Assembly: GCA_964470965.1 (NCBI GenBank) | Contig: CAYYIS010000001.1 | Location: forward strand, 79,247-143,246 | From: an uncultured Gemmatimonadota bacterium | GTDB taxonomy: Bacteria > JAAXHH01 > JABIQT01 | Length of the DNA: 64,000 bases | Reading direction: 5' to 3' | Shown here: positions 1-9,863 of the stretch, one piece after another | Layout: each line of letters begins with the position of its first letter | Position numbering within the stretch: the first letter of the stretch is position 1 | Translations under genes and position numbers: made by a program | The notes under the pieces: model-generated | Told to the model about the DNA's origin: nothing | Databases searched by the model: none | The model's input: the letters and a program-made list of their open reading frames with translations, nothing else

Positions 1-1
1 T

Positions 2-286
2 CTGGTATCAGATCGCTGGAAATATGCCTTTTATGAAACCGGCCATGAAGTGCTGTTCAACCTTCAGGAAGATCCATTCGAACAACACAACCTGGCAAAG
101 AATAATCCGGAAGCCTGTGAAAAGATGAGGCAGCTTCTGCTGGGTATGCTGTCCGAGGCCCGGGAACCTTATTTCGACATCTTGATCAAGCACGGCGTAA
201 CACCCGATGGCCCGGCGCTCAACTCCTCGACCCGCCGCCGTGATGGAATAGCGCCCTACTGGGACGACCTGATCGAGAATGTGTGA
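2..286 (+). CDS. sulfatase-family protein, C-terminal fragment (5' end outside window)
   Basis: Frame is open from the window edge. ...HEVLFNLQEDPFEQHNLAKNNPEACEKMRQ... resembles the conserved C-terminal segment of arylsulfatase-type enzymes. Confidence 0.65.
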   Translation: MVSDRWKYAFYETGHEVLFNLQEDPFEQHNLAKNNPEACEKMRQLLLGMLSEAREPYFDILIKHGVTPDGPALNSSTRRRDGIAPYWDDLIENV

Positions 287-299
287 TAAAGGAGAAAAC

Positions 300-1388
300 A
301 TGGCAGTCCCCAATTTTTACTATCCCGGTGAGCCGCTCGATTCCGACACTATGCGTATCACGGCGCTCGGCACGGGGATGCCGTTCTGCCGTCGTGCCCA
401 GAATTCACCCGGCTGGCTCGTAGAACTGGGTAACGGCGATGCCTTTATTTTCGACCTGGGTACCGGATCCAGTGCCAATCTGAACGCGTTCGGCGTGCCG
501 CATTCCAAGCTGGACAAAGTTTTTCTGACCCATTTGCACGTGGATCACTGGGGCGATCTGACATCGCTCTATGCGCTCGGCATGGTACGCGGCCGTTTTA
601 CCCCGCTACATGTATGGGGACCGTCGGCGATTGAGGAGCGTCTGGGCACAGCAGCGTTCGGAGTGGCGTTTCAGAAAATGATGGCCTGGGATATAGAGAG
701 TCGTATGGGTGTAGTGAATACCGGTGAAGGCCACCAGGTTATTTTTCATGAATTTGATTACGCCGCGCCGGTGAAAGAGGTATACAATGAAAATGGCGTT
801 GTGATAACCGCGTTTCCGGCGCTGCATTGCCTGGATGGCCCCAACAGCTACCGCCTCGATTGGAACGGGCTTTCATTCGTTTTTCTGGGTGACGGAAAAC
901 CGAGCCGGTATATGGTAGATAACGGACAGAATGCGGATGTGCTGATTCATGAAGCGTTCGTCCCTGCGCCGGCCTATGCTCAGAAGACTCACCTCCCGAT
1001 GCAGGTCGCCGCAAACATCGCCAACGGTGTCCATTGCCCACCCCGTTCCGCCGGTAAGATCTTCGATCTCACCAGACCCCGCCTGGCGGTGCTCTATCAC
1101 TTGATGCTCGGTGAAGATCTTATCACTCCGATAATGGACGACCTGCGCGTCACCTACGATGGACCGGTCGTTATTGCCCAGGATTTGATGGTGCTGGACG
1201 TCGCAAAAGATCGTATCACAGAGCGAAAGGCGGTCCTGCCGGATCTCGCTTGGCCTGTTCCCGCCCATCATGCCGGTACGCAGAAACGGCCTCCTATGGA
1301 TCCGGACAAAGTGGCCCACCTGTCACCGTTTCTTCAGGATGCGGAAATTCCGGTCGATGGCGTGGTCACGGAGATCAGCGAAGGATGA
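300..1388 (+). CDS. MBL-fold metallo-hydrolase (RNase Z / beta-lactamase-like)
   Basis: HxHxDH motif (THLHVDHWGDL). ATG at 300 is preceded by AGGAGAAAAC. Confidence 0.8.
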   Translation: MAVPNFYYPGEPLDSDTMRITALGTGMPFCRRAQNSPGWLVELGNGDAFIFDLGTGSSANLNAFGVPHSKLDKVFLTHLHVDHWGDLTSLYALGMVRGRFTPLHVWGPSAIEERLGTAAFGVAFQKMMAWDIESRMGVVNTGEGHQVIFHEFDYAAPVKEVYNENGVVITAFPALHCLDGPNSYRLDWNGLSFVFLGDGKPSRYMVDNGQNADVLIHEAFVPAPAYAQKTHLPMQVAANIANGVHCPPRSAGKIFDLTRPRLAVLYHLMLGEDLITPIMDDLRVTYDGPVVIAQDLMVLDVAKDRITERKAVLPDLAWPVPAHHAGTQKRPPMDPDKVAHLSPFLQDAEIPVDGVVTEISEG

Positions 1389-1724
1389 GGCCTGAATCCC
1401 GATCCGAGAAGTCATTCAACGGATCGTAGGAAGCACCTATGAAGCACCGCGCATCCTACCGTCCGGTAATCCCGCCCTGCAGCACCTCATGCCCAATATT
1501 CTATGTGGCTGTTGTCGTTCATCAAAATCCCCGATAATTATGACTACTATTCTCGGCCTCTGATTTCGTGGCCTGCTTGATATCACATAACCTGCTATGT
1601 CTCCTCAAAATCATACGTCATCAGGCTTTATTCCCGCTTGACCTCTGCAGGTTGGCAGCACACCTTCTGTTATCGTTTTATTGTTCTTTCAATCCACAGT
1701 TTTCTTCATCGATCGGAGTTTTTC

Positions 1725-2813
1725 ATGTCAACGCTCGGCATTCCCATCGAGGACATCGACACCCCCGCTCTTGTTATCGACCTGGATCTTATGGATGGCA
1801 ATATAGCCCGTATGGCTGAATTCTTTTCCGAACAGAAAGCGGTACTGCGTCCGCATACCAAAACACATAAAACGCCGGTTTTGGCGCACAAGCAGATCGC
1901 CGCTGGCGCCCAGGGTGTGACCTGCGCAAAGCTGGGAGAAGCGGAGGTGATGGCCGCGTCAGGCATTCGCAATATTCTGGTGGCAAACCAAGTGGTAGGC
2001 CCCTTGAAAATCAACCGTCTGGTGGCGTTGGCCCGCCACTCGGACGTCATAGTAGCAGCGGATTATGCGGATAATGTGCGAGAGATTTCGGAAGCCGCCA
2101 TGGCAACCGGGTCAAAGGTAGGTATGGTGGTCGAAGTGGATGTGGGCATGGCGCGATGTGGTGTGCCTCCAGGAGAACCGGCATTAAAACTGGCGCGGGT
2201 GATTGATCAGAGCCCGGGTGTCGTATTCCGAGGCGTGATGGGCTATGAAGGCCACATCATTGGGGAGCCGGACGATGAAACTCGCTATGCGGAATGCCGG
2301 AAGTCCATGACCATGCTGACAGAAACCGCAGATTATATACGCGAGAGCGGGCTGTCGGTGGAGATTGTCAGTGGCGGAGGGACCGGCACATACAAAGTCA
2401 CGGGCTCTTTTTCCGGCATAACCGAGGTGCAGGCCGGTTCCTACATTTTGATGGATGCCACATATCGGAAACGCATACCCGAATTCGACTGCGCGCTCAC
2501 TATTTACGCCTCCATCATCAGCCGTCCCGGCGATGAACTGGCGGTGGCGGACGCCGGTCTGAAGACTATGACGAACGATATGGGGCTACAGTCGGTGCGG
2601 GATGTTGAAGGTGCCTCGCTGATGCGTCAGTCGGAAGAACATGCGAAGATACAGCTACTCGGTGCGTCCTGCCCGCTCAGGCCGGGCGATAAGATTCATA
2701 TCATTCCGAGTCATGTGTGTACCACTATCAATCTACATGATCGGATGTACGGTGTGCGCAATGGTGCGCTGGAGGCCATCTGGGAGGTAGGGGCGAGAGG
2801 GCGAATACAGTAA
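1725..2813 (+). CDS. DSD1-family PLP enzyme (D-serine dehydratase / D-threonine aldolase-like, alanine-racemase N-terminal fold)
   Basis: N-terminus IEDIDTPALVIDLDLMDGNI, candidate PLP-Lys context RPHTKTHKTP, C-terminal SEEHAKI...GDKIHIIPSHVCTTINLH typical of the family. Confidence 0.7.
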   Translation: MSTLGIPIEDIDTPALVIDLDLMDGNIARMAEFFSEQKAVLRPHTKTHKTPVLAHKQIAAGAQGVTCAKLGEAEVMAASGIRNILVANQVVGPLKINRLVALARHSDVIVAADYADNVREISEAAMATGSKVGMVVEVDVGMARCGVPPGEPALKLARVIDQSPGVVFRGVMGYEGHIIGEPDDETRYAECRKSMTMLTETADYIRESGLSVEIVSGGGTGTYKVTGSFSGITEVQAGSYILMDATYRKRIPEFDCALTIYASIISRPGDELAVADAGLKTMTNDMGLQSVRDVEGASLMRQSEEHAKIQLLGASCPLRPGDKIHIIPSHVCTTINLHDRMYGVRNGALEAIWEVGARGRIQ

Positions 2814-2817
2814 TTGC

Positions 2818-3753
2818 CTACCCCATCATCCTTTCTACTTCTTCTGCCGAAGGCAGGGAAGGTTGGGCACCGGGACGTGTTGCCGAAACTGCACCGGCGT
2901 GATTGGCATATCGGATGGCTTCGGTCAGCGGGAGTCCACGGGCAAGGGCGACCGCCAAACCACCGTTGAAAGCATCGCCGGCAGCGGTCGTGTCGACCGA
3001 GTCTACAGTGGCGGTGGTTACCGATCCGCTGCTGTCAGGCGTCGCCCACCAGGCACCCTTGGCACCGAGGGTCAGAATCACGGTACTTACACCACGGGAC
3101 AGCAGAACACGCGCCGCGTGATCCGCGGAGGCGCCGTCCGTGACATCCACCCCGGTGAGGATCCGGGCTTCCGTTTCATTTGGGGTTAGATAGTCCACTT
3201 GCTGCAGGAGAACATTGTCCAAATCCCGTGCTGGCGCAGGGTTCAGGATGACCGGTACCCTGTGCTTCGCGGCCAGAGCGGCTGCATGTTGTACCGATTC
3301 ATACGACACCTCGAGCTGAAGAATCATAATATCGGCATCGGCGATAGCTTGTTCCGCACGGTCCACATCCTCAATTGTTAGTTTCATGTTGGCGCCTGAT
3401 GCCACCGCTATGGCGTTTTCGCCTGCCGCGTCTACCATGATCATTGCGATACCGGAAGGGGTATCTTCATCCCGGACGATATGGCTCGTATCGATTCGAT
3501 CGTTCCTATAATGATTTAACGCCTCATCCCCGAAGGTGTCGTTCCCAATCCGAGTCACGAATGTCACATCCGAACCAAGCCGAGCTGCCGCCACTGCCTG
3601 GTTGGCGCCCTTACCTCCAGGCATGACCGAGAACGAACCACCGAGAATGGTCTCACCGGGCACCGGTATTCTTGGGGCTGTGACCACCATGTCTGTATTC
3701 GAACTGCCGACAACGATGATAGACGGCACGTTTCTGCCTACCCGTTTTTCCAT
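2818..3753 (-). CDS. rbsK: ribokinase
   Basis: PfkB motifs [15 protein letters not shown] and [20 protein letters not shown]; 311 aa. Confidence 0.88.
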   Translation of the reverse strand: MEKRVGRNVPSIIVVGSSNTDMVVTAPRIPVPGETILGGSFSVMPGGKGANQAVAAARLGSDVTFVTRIGNDTFGDEALNHYRNDRIDTSHIVRDEDTPSGIAMIMVDAAGENAIAVASGANMKLTIEDVDRAEQAIADADIMILQLEVSYESVQHAAALAAKHRVPVILNPAPARDLDNVLLQQVDYLTPNETEARILTGVDVTDGASADHAARVLLSRGVSTVILTLGAKGAWWATPDSSGSVTTATVDSVDTTAAGDAFNGGLAVALARGLPLTEAIRYANHAGAVSATRPGAQPSLPSAEEVERMMG

Positions 3754-4252
3754 GGATAATCCCTACCTTGTCATGGTACCAGGCTAAATCAGCGATGGCC
3801 GGTTGACCCATATACAATCGTCCCCCGGTTTCTATCACAACAATGCCATTGCTGATCGTATTTCCTATGGATTCATAGTTAGTCTTCCACCCGGTTCAGT
3901 CACGGAAGAAGAGCAAGAAATAGCCGTGGTCCCGGACAGATAACGCATAATCTATATGGCGCTGTGGTTTGCGTCAATAATTTACAGAAACGTGGAGGTT
4001 CCTACGGTTATCAATGTACAGGCAGCTTTATGGCGTACGTTCCGTATCGGATCAACGCAGCAGACTCATCCCATATCAGGCGTTCGAATCCTTCGGTGTC
4101 CTTTCTGCGTTTAGAATTAAACAATTAATCACGAGTTATATATTTGAACGAATTACCTTGACAATATTTCCAAATAAATCCAAAATATCCCAAGTTTCCT
4201 ACCTCCCTATATAGGGACATACGAGAAAAAATGTGGTTCCGAACTGCTATTT

Positions 4253-4900
4253 ATGGAGTCCTTGATGCGCCGTAGAACGGTTGTCACAACCGGAGATGTT
4301 GCTGAACACTGTCAGGTTTCCTATGAAACGGTAAAGAACTGGATCAGGCATGGTAAATTACCGGCCTTTGAAACTCCTGGAGGCCATCATCGTATTTTGA
4401 TTGAGGATTTCAAGACTTTCCTTGCTTCTTACGGAATGCCGGATTATGACCACGAAGCGGAGCCTGTCGTACAAGCATTAGCCGGTAACAAAAGGCGGGT
4501 TTTGATTGTAGATCCTGATTCAGGCTTGGTTAGTATCTTGGTAGATTTCTGTACCGATGTCGAAGGCTACGAGTGTGCGTCTGCAGTGGATGGATTCGAA
4601 GCAGGCATGTTGATGGTTTCTTTTCGGCCGGACCTGGTGATTCTGGATATTCTTGCGCCGCAATTGAATGGATTCCAGGTATGCCGTACCATCAAAACGA
4701 ATCCCAATACCCGAGGGGCGCTGGTACTGGCTGTAACCGGGCATCCGGAAGACGGAAACATGAGTAATATATATGCGTGTGGCGCTGATGATGGTCTCGT
4801 TAAACCCTTTAAGCTTGAAGCGTTGAAAGAGCATATGGACAAGCTATTTGCAGCACGTCCGCATGCGGGATCAGTGCAGTCTGCATCGGCGAGAAGATAG
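4253..4900 (+). CDS. response regulator with N-terminal excisionase/MerR-type HTH and C-terminal receiver domain
   Basis: HTH: TTGDVAEHCQVSYETVKNWIRHGKLPAFETPGGHHRI. Receiver: RVLIVDPD...DLVILDILAPQLNG...AVTGH...KPF. Confidence 0.75.
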   Translation: MESLMRRRTVVTTGDVAEHCQVSYETVKNWIRHGKLPAFETPGGHHRILIEDFKTFLASYGMPDYDHEAEPVVQALAGNKRRVLIVDPDSGLVSILVDFCTDVEGYECASAVDGFEAGMLMVSFRPDLVILDILAPQLNGFQVCRTIKTNPNTRGALVLAVTGHPEDGNMSNIYACGADDGLVKPFKLEALKEHMDKLFAARPHAGSVQSASARR

Positions 4901-4914
4901 TGCGGGAGAATACG

Positions 4915-5352
4915 ATGGATAAAAGTGCCGCCACGAATGCCACGGGACAGTCCGAAAGTTCGAACAAAATGATCTGTCCGAAATGCGACGGAAGCCATGT
5001 TCATCGGTCACGGCGACGGAACCTGGAAAAATGGGTCTCGTGGCACCGGCACCGGTCAGGGCAGAAAACATTTCGGTGTTATGATTGTCAGCACAGATTC
5101 TGGGATTATAAAAATCTCGATCGTCCAATCCCGATGTCTTTGCCGTCACCGGGCACTCTTCCCGATGAAAACAAATCCGGACAAAAACGACGCGTACGGC
5201 ACAATTCTCAGGACGGTATTACCACTTATCATCGTTTTCAGGAATGGCTCTTTCGCAGACACAACCTGACGGTAGGGATACTGGTGATCCTTGTCATTCT
5301 GCTCGTTCTGAGTCTCTCTTTCATTGTTGTATTGATGGACCAGATGGGTTAG
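4915..5352 (+). CDS. hypothetical zinc-ribbon protein with C-terminal transmembrane helix
   Basis: CPKC...(x31)...CYDC motif. C-terminal hydrophobic stretch LTVGILVILVILLVLSLSFIVVL. ATG at 4915 after GGGAGA. Abuts the regulator gene. Confidence 0.5.
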   Translation: MDKSAATNATGQSESSNKMICPKCDGSHVHRSRRRNLEKWVSWHRHRSGQKTFRCYDCQHRFWDYKNLDRPIPMSLPSPGTLPDENKSGQKRRVRHNSQDGITTYHRFQEWLFRRHNLTVGILVILVILLVLSLSFIVVLMDQMG

Positions 5353-5892
5353 ATCCACCGCATAATCGAGCACCGTGGAATTTCGAAACCTAAAGGTCGT
5401 TCAGCGTGGGTATCCCCTGCTTCATCCTATCCCGTCCTTCCCCGTAGGGTCCGCCCGTTTGTATCCCGGTACGCCATGTCCCCACCAGCCCCGTTCCGTT
5501 TTTCGCAACGGTGTGCCGTCTTGACAGAGAACCCGGTAAGGCAGCTCAATACCCACGCCAATATCGGGTTAAGTCCTGTGCTGGAGACGCACGCGAATCT
5601 TAAAACGTCACAGGGCGTTGGTCGCTGAACCGACTGGTGAATAGTCCAGATCAACCTGACATCGGCGGGATTCAGGCTTCTGTCCGCGTCCGAAACGGGG
5701 AGCTAATCGTTGTAGGCCCATGTCATGGGTCCGAGGTTCAAAATGACGTTGTAGGAGCCTGCATCACTATCTACGGTCTGGCCATGTACTTTAGGTTGGA
5801 TTGATACGTCTGATGTAGTTGGTATTCCAACGGTCCGGCATCGAAGGAACCGTTGAGGTAGGGTTGAGACAATCAGGCTGTTGTATCGATTA

Positions 5893-6360
5893 TCAGCGAA
5901 CAAACGCTTCAGGCTGTTGCGCAAATATGTCCTTGATGCGTTCTATATGGTTCTTCATTACATCCAGCCCGGCGGCTTCCCGCTCTGAGAAATAGCCGTA
6001 GTCTGTGGTTTCATCGCTCAATCCCAACTTACCCCCTTCGACGAAGACTTCAAAGAGGATTGATACGAATTGATATTTGTTGATCTCACCGTAGGCGGTA
6101 ATGCGATGGGGTGTTGTGTAAATGCCGATGAGTTTTTGGGCCGTCCCCTGGAGACCAGTCTCCTCCATCACCTCCCGAACACAGGCTTCAGCCGCGCTCT
6201 CCCCCGGTTCCATACCGCCTCCTGGCAGGCACCATTGCCCATTGTCGGTTCGGCGTGTGAGCAGGAGTTTCGTACGTGATTCGTCGAATATGGCAGCCGC
6301 GCATCCCACCTTCAATGGGACGGTTTTTCCGATTCTATCACCTTCTATGATTTTTGCCAT
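5893..6360 (-). CDS. NUDIX hydrolase
   Basis: Nudix box [24 protein letters not shown]. Confidence 0.85.
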   Translation of the reverse strand: MAKIIEGDRIGKTVPLKVGCAAAIFDESRTKLLLTRRTDNGQWCLPGGGMEPGESAAEACVREVMEETGLQGTAQKLIGIYTTPHRITAYGEINKYQFVSILFEVFVEGGKLGLSDETTDYGYFSEREAAGLDVMKNHIERIKDIFAQQPEAFVR

Positions 6361-6399
6361 TGTGACTTTGTTCCTCTGGAAAACTCGTTTTGGCAGTTT

Positions 6400-8004
6400 T
6401 CACTCAAACGTACTTTGTCGCCGCAGCACCTGGCCCGCCATGGCGCCCGTAAACGCCCCATAAGCTATGGCCGCGTGCCCGTTCACGATGACGTGCACCA
6501 TGCCTTGCGAAAGTTGAAAAGGTGCCTCGAATGTGGCGCGGTCGCGCAGGCGGTCCAGGTCAAATACGAGCAGGTCGGCGAACGCGCCTTCCCGGATTGT
6601 TCCGCGGTCACGCAGGTTCAGAACCTGCGCGGGCAAGCCCGTCATGCTTCTTATGGCAGTAGCCAGATCGAGAATGCCTTTTTCCAGGTCATAAGTCCGT
6701 ATTTTTCGCGGGAACGTACCGAAAGCCCTCGGATGGGGCGTACCCCTGCCCCATTCGGGATAACCGCCGTCAGAGGCGGTCATGTTCCAGTGCTGCATCA
6801 TGAACGTCTGCAGATCTTTTTCATGCATATTGTATGAGATGATCCCCGGACTGGTCTGTTTGAGAATTTTGATAGAAGCGTCGACGGGCGTCATATTCCA
6901 TTCTGTGGCTATGTCTGAAAGCCAGCGTCCATCGATGGTGCTATCGAAGGCGCTGGACCGAATCCGAATCCGCTCCGCGCCGCCGCGCCTTGCAAGATTT
7001 TCGGCCATTGCATTCACGATCCGCTGCATAGTCTGAGGATCGTTAAAGCGGGCAAGCAACGAGTCTCTGCCACTCGCCTGTGCCCACCTGGGAAGAAGCG
7101 CCGGGGCGAGCCCGGTGGAGGAGGCGAGATAGGGGTACTGATCCGTGTAGATTTCCACACCTTCTTCACGTGCCCGTTTTATCCGTTCAACCACTGCCTG
7201 GGAATATCCCCATACGTTTGGTCCCAGCGCTTTAATATGCGTGACAACGCTAGGTATGTCGGCGCTTCGGGAAATCTCGATGACTTCCTCTACGGCTGAA
7301 ACCAACCCGATTGTGTAGTCGGATTCATCCCGGATATGGCTGGTGTAGATGCCGCCGTATTCGGATGCAACCTGGGCGAGTTCGACCAGCTCTCGGGTAT
7401 CTGCGTAGCTACCTGGAGGATAGAAAGGGCCGCTGGACAGTCCGAAAGCGCCGTTTTCCATGGCCTGCCGCATAAGCACTTTCATTCGCGTCAGCTCGTC
7501 TTTCGTGGCCAGGCGGTCCACCATCCCCATGACCTCGTTACGCATAGCGCCGTGGGCCGCCATCTGTATCACATGGATGCCGAGACCATCTTTCATCAAC
7601 TCGGCCCGCTGCCCCGCCAGATCCACCGGGCCGCCACCATCGGGATTGATCACCACAGTTGTAACGCCCTCTGCCAGCAGTGGGTGTGCATGACTGCGGT
7701 CGGATGAAACCAGGCCACCGGCAGCGTGAGAATGGGCGTCGATAAAACCGGGTGACACATAAAACCCCGTTGCATCAATCTCTCTGTCCCCCCGGGCACC
7801 CTCCAGTTGGCCAACTGCGACAATCCGGTCTTCACGGATCGCAATGTCGGAGTAGAACCAGGGATTGCCGGAACCATCAAAAACACGGCCGTTGCGTATG
7901 ACGGTGTCGTAACGTTCCTGGGCGACAGCTGGAACGATGACCAGCTTACATATCGTGCACAGGAGAAAAGCCCCGGTCGCATAACGCTTGAAGAGATTGA
8001 ACAT
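6400..8004 (-). CDS. N-acyl-D-amino-acid deacylase (D-aminoacylase) family amidohydrolase, secreted
   Basis: Signal-peptide-like N-terminus. GFIDAHSH metal motif. Length and overall architecture match D-aminoacylases. Confidence 0.75.
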   Translation of the reverse strand: MFNLFKRYATGAFLLCTICKLVIVPAVAQERYDTVIRNGRVFDGSGNPWFYSDIAIREDRIVAVGQLEGARGDREIDATGFYVSPGFIDAHSHAAGGLVSSDRSHAHPLLAEGVTTVVINPDGGGPVDLAGQRAELMKDGLGIHVIQMAAHGAMRNEVMGMVDRLATKDELTRMKVLMRQAMENGAFGLSSGPFYPPGSYADTRELVELAQVASEYGGIYTSHIRDESDYTIGLVSAVEEVIEISRSADIPSVVTHIKALGPNVWGYSQAVVERIKRAREEGVEIYTDQYPYLASSTGLAPALLPRWAQASGRDSLLARFNDPQTMQRIVNAMAENLARRGGAERIRIRSSAFDSTIDGRWLSDIATEWNMTPVDASIKILKQTSPGIISYNMHEKDLQTFMMQHWNMTASDGGYPEWGRGTPHPRAFGTFPRKIRTYDLEKGILDLATAIRSMTGLPAQVLNLRDRGTIREGAFADLLVFDLDRLRDRATFEAPFQLSQGMVHVIVNGHAAIAYGAFTGAMAGQVLRRQSTFE

Positions 8005-8431
8005 ACGGCACCCGTTGATATTAATTGAATCGAATTGTCATGAATTCAAAAAACATTGCCACCCCGGCGAATGCACGGGTTTTATCAGGACGATACTATC
8101 GGTATCAAAGCCGGGGGGTTCCGACCTCCGGCACCACCACTCGCGTAAAACCCGGAGGTCCAGCAAGGGATCCCGGTGTGCTATTCAGTGGCATGGACTG
8201 TCGGGACGAACAGGTCCATAACCTGCATGGAAATGCCTTTTATGGGCCGGACGCGCCCACTCGGCCAGGCCTCATATAACTCTATCGTAAGCATCCCGCG
8301 GGGCGGAATGGACCTACACGCGGAGATCAACCTTATCAGAGAATAACCATTACCACCGCCCCCCTAGGAGGGTGCCTGACTGGCGACGGGAACCAAGATT
8401 AAAAAGGCTGTCGCGTTTCAAAAGAAAAAAG

Positions 8432-9769
8432 CTAGTGAATATTCAGATAGTGATCGATTTCCCATTGTGACACGTTGTTGTGGTACTCCTTCCATTCCTC
8501 TCGCTTGGCATGGATGTAGGCTTTAGCGTATTCATCTCCTAAAGCGTTTTGGATCACCTCGTCTTTTTCCAGCTCATTCAGTGCATCGTAAAGGGTATCC
8601 GGTAGGATGTCCACATGGAGTTCTCGCAGTGTTTCCGTCGGCACTTCGTACATATTCAGATGGTTCGGCTCACCCGCCGGGAGCTCCCGGCGAATGCCGT
8701 CCAGACCCGCTGCCAGCGTTACGGCTGCTGCCAGGTAGGGATTGCAGGAGCCGTCGATGGTTCGGTCCTCCACACGGCCAGGTCCGGGCAGTCGCAGCAT
8801 CTGGGTTCGGTTATTGCCTCCATAGGAAATGTACACGGGTGCCCAGGAGGCACCTGAACGGGGCGTACCTGCGATCAAACGCTTGTAGGAGTTAACCGAT
8901 GGGGCGGTGACTGCGATGGCCGCTTTGGCATGCGCCTTGAGACCACCGATCCAGTGATAGGCCATCTTTGACAGACCGTTCGGGTCACTTTCATCGTAGA
9001 ACAAGTTGTTGCCCGATCCCTTATCCCACAGGCTCATATGAAAATGGGCACCGTTGCCGGTGAGGTGCGAGAACGGTTTGGCCATGAACGTAGCGGTCAG
9101 GCCGTGTTGCTCGGCTATGGTACGGACCATGTATTTAAAGAAAGTATGGCGGTCTGCCGTCTTCAGGCATTCGTCGAACTCCCAATTAATCTCGAACTGA
9201 CAGTTCGCATCTTCATGATCGTTGGCGAATGGATTCCAGTCCAACTCCTGCATATGTTTAATGATAGTAGTGAGTAGATCCAGGTTACGGCTGAGGGTGC
9301 GCTGGTCGTAGCATGGCTTGTCAAGTGTGTCCAGTGGATCCGCCAGGTCGATGCCCCCGGCTTCATTGCGCTTTACCAGGAAGAATTCTGGTTCGACCCC
9401 ATGCTTGTAGACATATCCCTCTGCTGCCGCCTTCTCCCGCATCCTGTTTAGAATCGAACGGGGGCAGAATCTCCAGGGATTCCCATCCACATGGATATTT
9501 CCTGCCAGCCAGGCGATATTTGGACGCCACGGTAGTATGGTTAGGCTGTCCAGATCCGGCATTCCGGCGATATCCGCATCGTGCGGTCCCAACCCCATCT
9601 CACCTGCCGCGTATCCCGCGAACCCGGCGCCGTCATTCACCAGAGCCTCAATATGCGTCGAAGGCACCAGCTTGGCCTTCGATGCCCCGTTCATCTCCAC
9701 AAAAGAAGCCAAAAAAAATTCGATTCCCTTAGTTTTGATAGTCTGTTGAACCTCGTCTAATGTCGGCAT
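8432..9769 (-). CDS. gmaS: type III glutamine-synthetase-like ligase, probable gamma-glutamylmethylamide synthetase
   Basis: 445 aa GS catalytic domain (EPEFFL, HFHMSLW, NSYKRL, NR...LR). Clustered with mgs-like and sox-like genes. Confidence 0.7.
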   Translation of the reverse strand: MPTLDEVQQTIKTKGIEFFLASFVEMNGASKAKLVPSTHIEALVNDGAGFAGYAAGEMGLGPHDADIAGMPDLDSLTILPWRPNIAWLAGNIHVDGNPWRFCPRSILNRMREKAAAEGYVYKHGVEPEFFLVKRNEAGGIDLADPLDTLDKPCYDQRTLSRNLDLLTTIIKHMQELDWNPFANDHEDANCQFEINWEFDECLKTADRHTFFKYMVRTIAEQHGLTATFMAKPFSHLTGNGAHFHMSLWDKGSGNNLFYDESDPNGLSKMAYHWIGGLKAHAKAAIAVTAPSVNSYKRLIAGTPRSGASWAPVYISYGGNNRTQMLRLPGPGRVEDRTIDGSCNPYLAAAVTLAAGLDGIRRELPAGEPNHLNMYEVPTETLRELHVDILPDTLYDALNELEKDEVIQNALGDEYAKAYIHAKREEWKEYHNNVSQWEIDHYLNIH

Positions 9770-9863
9770 TCTCTTCTCCCTGGTTTACGTAACCCCCAGC
9801 CCCATCCCTACAGGAATGGGGAGGAGACAGTGGTGTTTATTAACGACTGAACAAAACCGTCAA

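Noticed and set aside
5655-5695. On the minus strand, TTTCGGACGCGGACAGAAGCCTGAATCCCGCCGATGTCAGG resembles the 3' acceptor/T-arm end of tmRNA or a tRNA (GGACGCGGGTTCGAATCCCGCC...). It could be a degraded att-site remnant.
   Set aside because: The T-loop is interrupted by about 9 nt, there is no CCA-proximal acceptor match, and there is no room for a tmRNA body because the NUDIX gene lies upstream. No integrase or direct repeat is nearby. The similarity is too short to support a call.
5353-5892. 540-nt gene-poor region with minor ORFs (5427-5654 and 5703-5924, both minus strand). Checked for RNase P RNA, SRP RNA and riboswitch signatures.
   Set aside because: I could not find the conserved RNase P (GGAAAGUCCGGGC / ACAGAACCCGGCUUA), SRP or B12-box cores. 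Only a partial ACAGAGAACCCGG match is present. The ORF translations look non-protein-like. The region is left unannotated.
8005-8431. 427-nt spacer upstream of the D-aminoacylase gene, with a 9-bp stem (GACCTCCGG...CCGGAGGTC) and an 84-codon plus-strand ORF (8025-8279). Considered as a riboswitch, for example the glutamine type, or a small gene.
   Set aside because: It lies downstream of the GS-like gene, not upstream. No glnA-RNA consensus is present. The ORF translation is Arg/Gly/Pro-rich and unlike a protein. A single hairpin is insufficient evidence.
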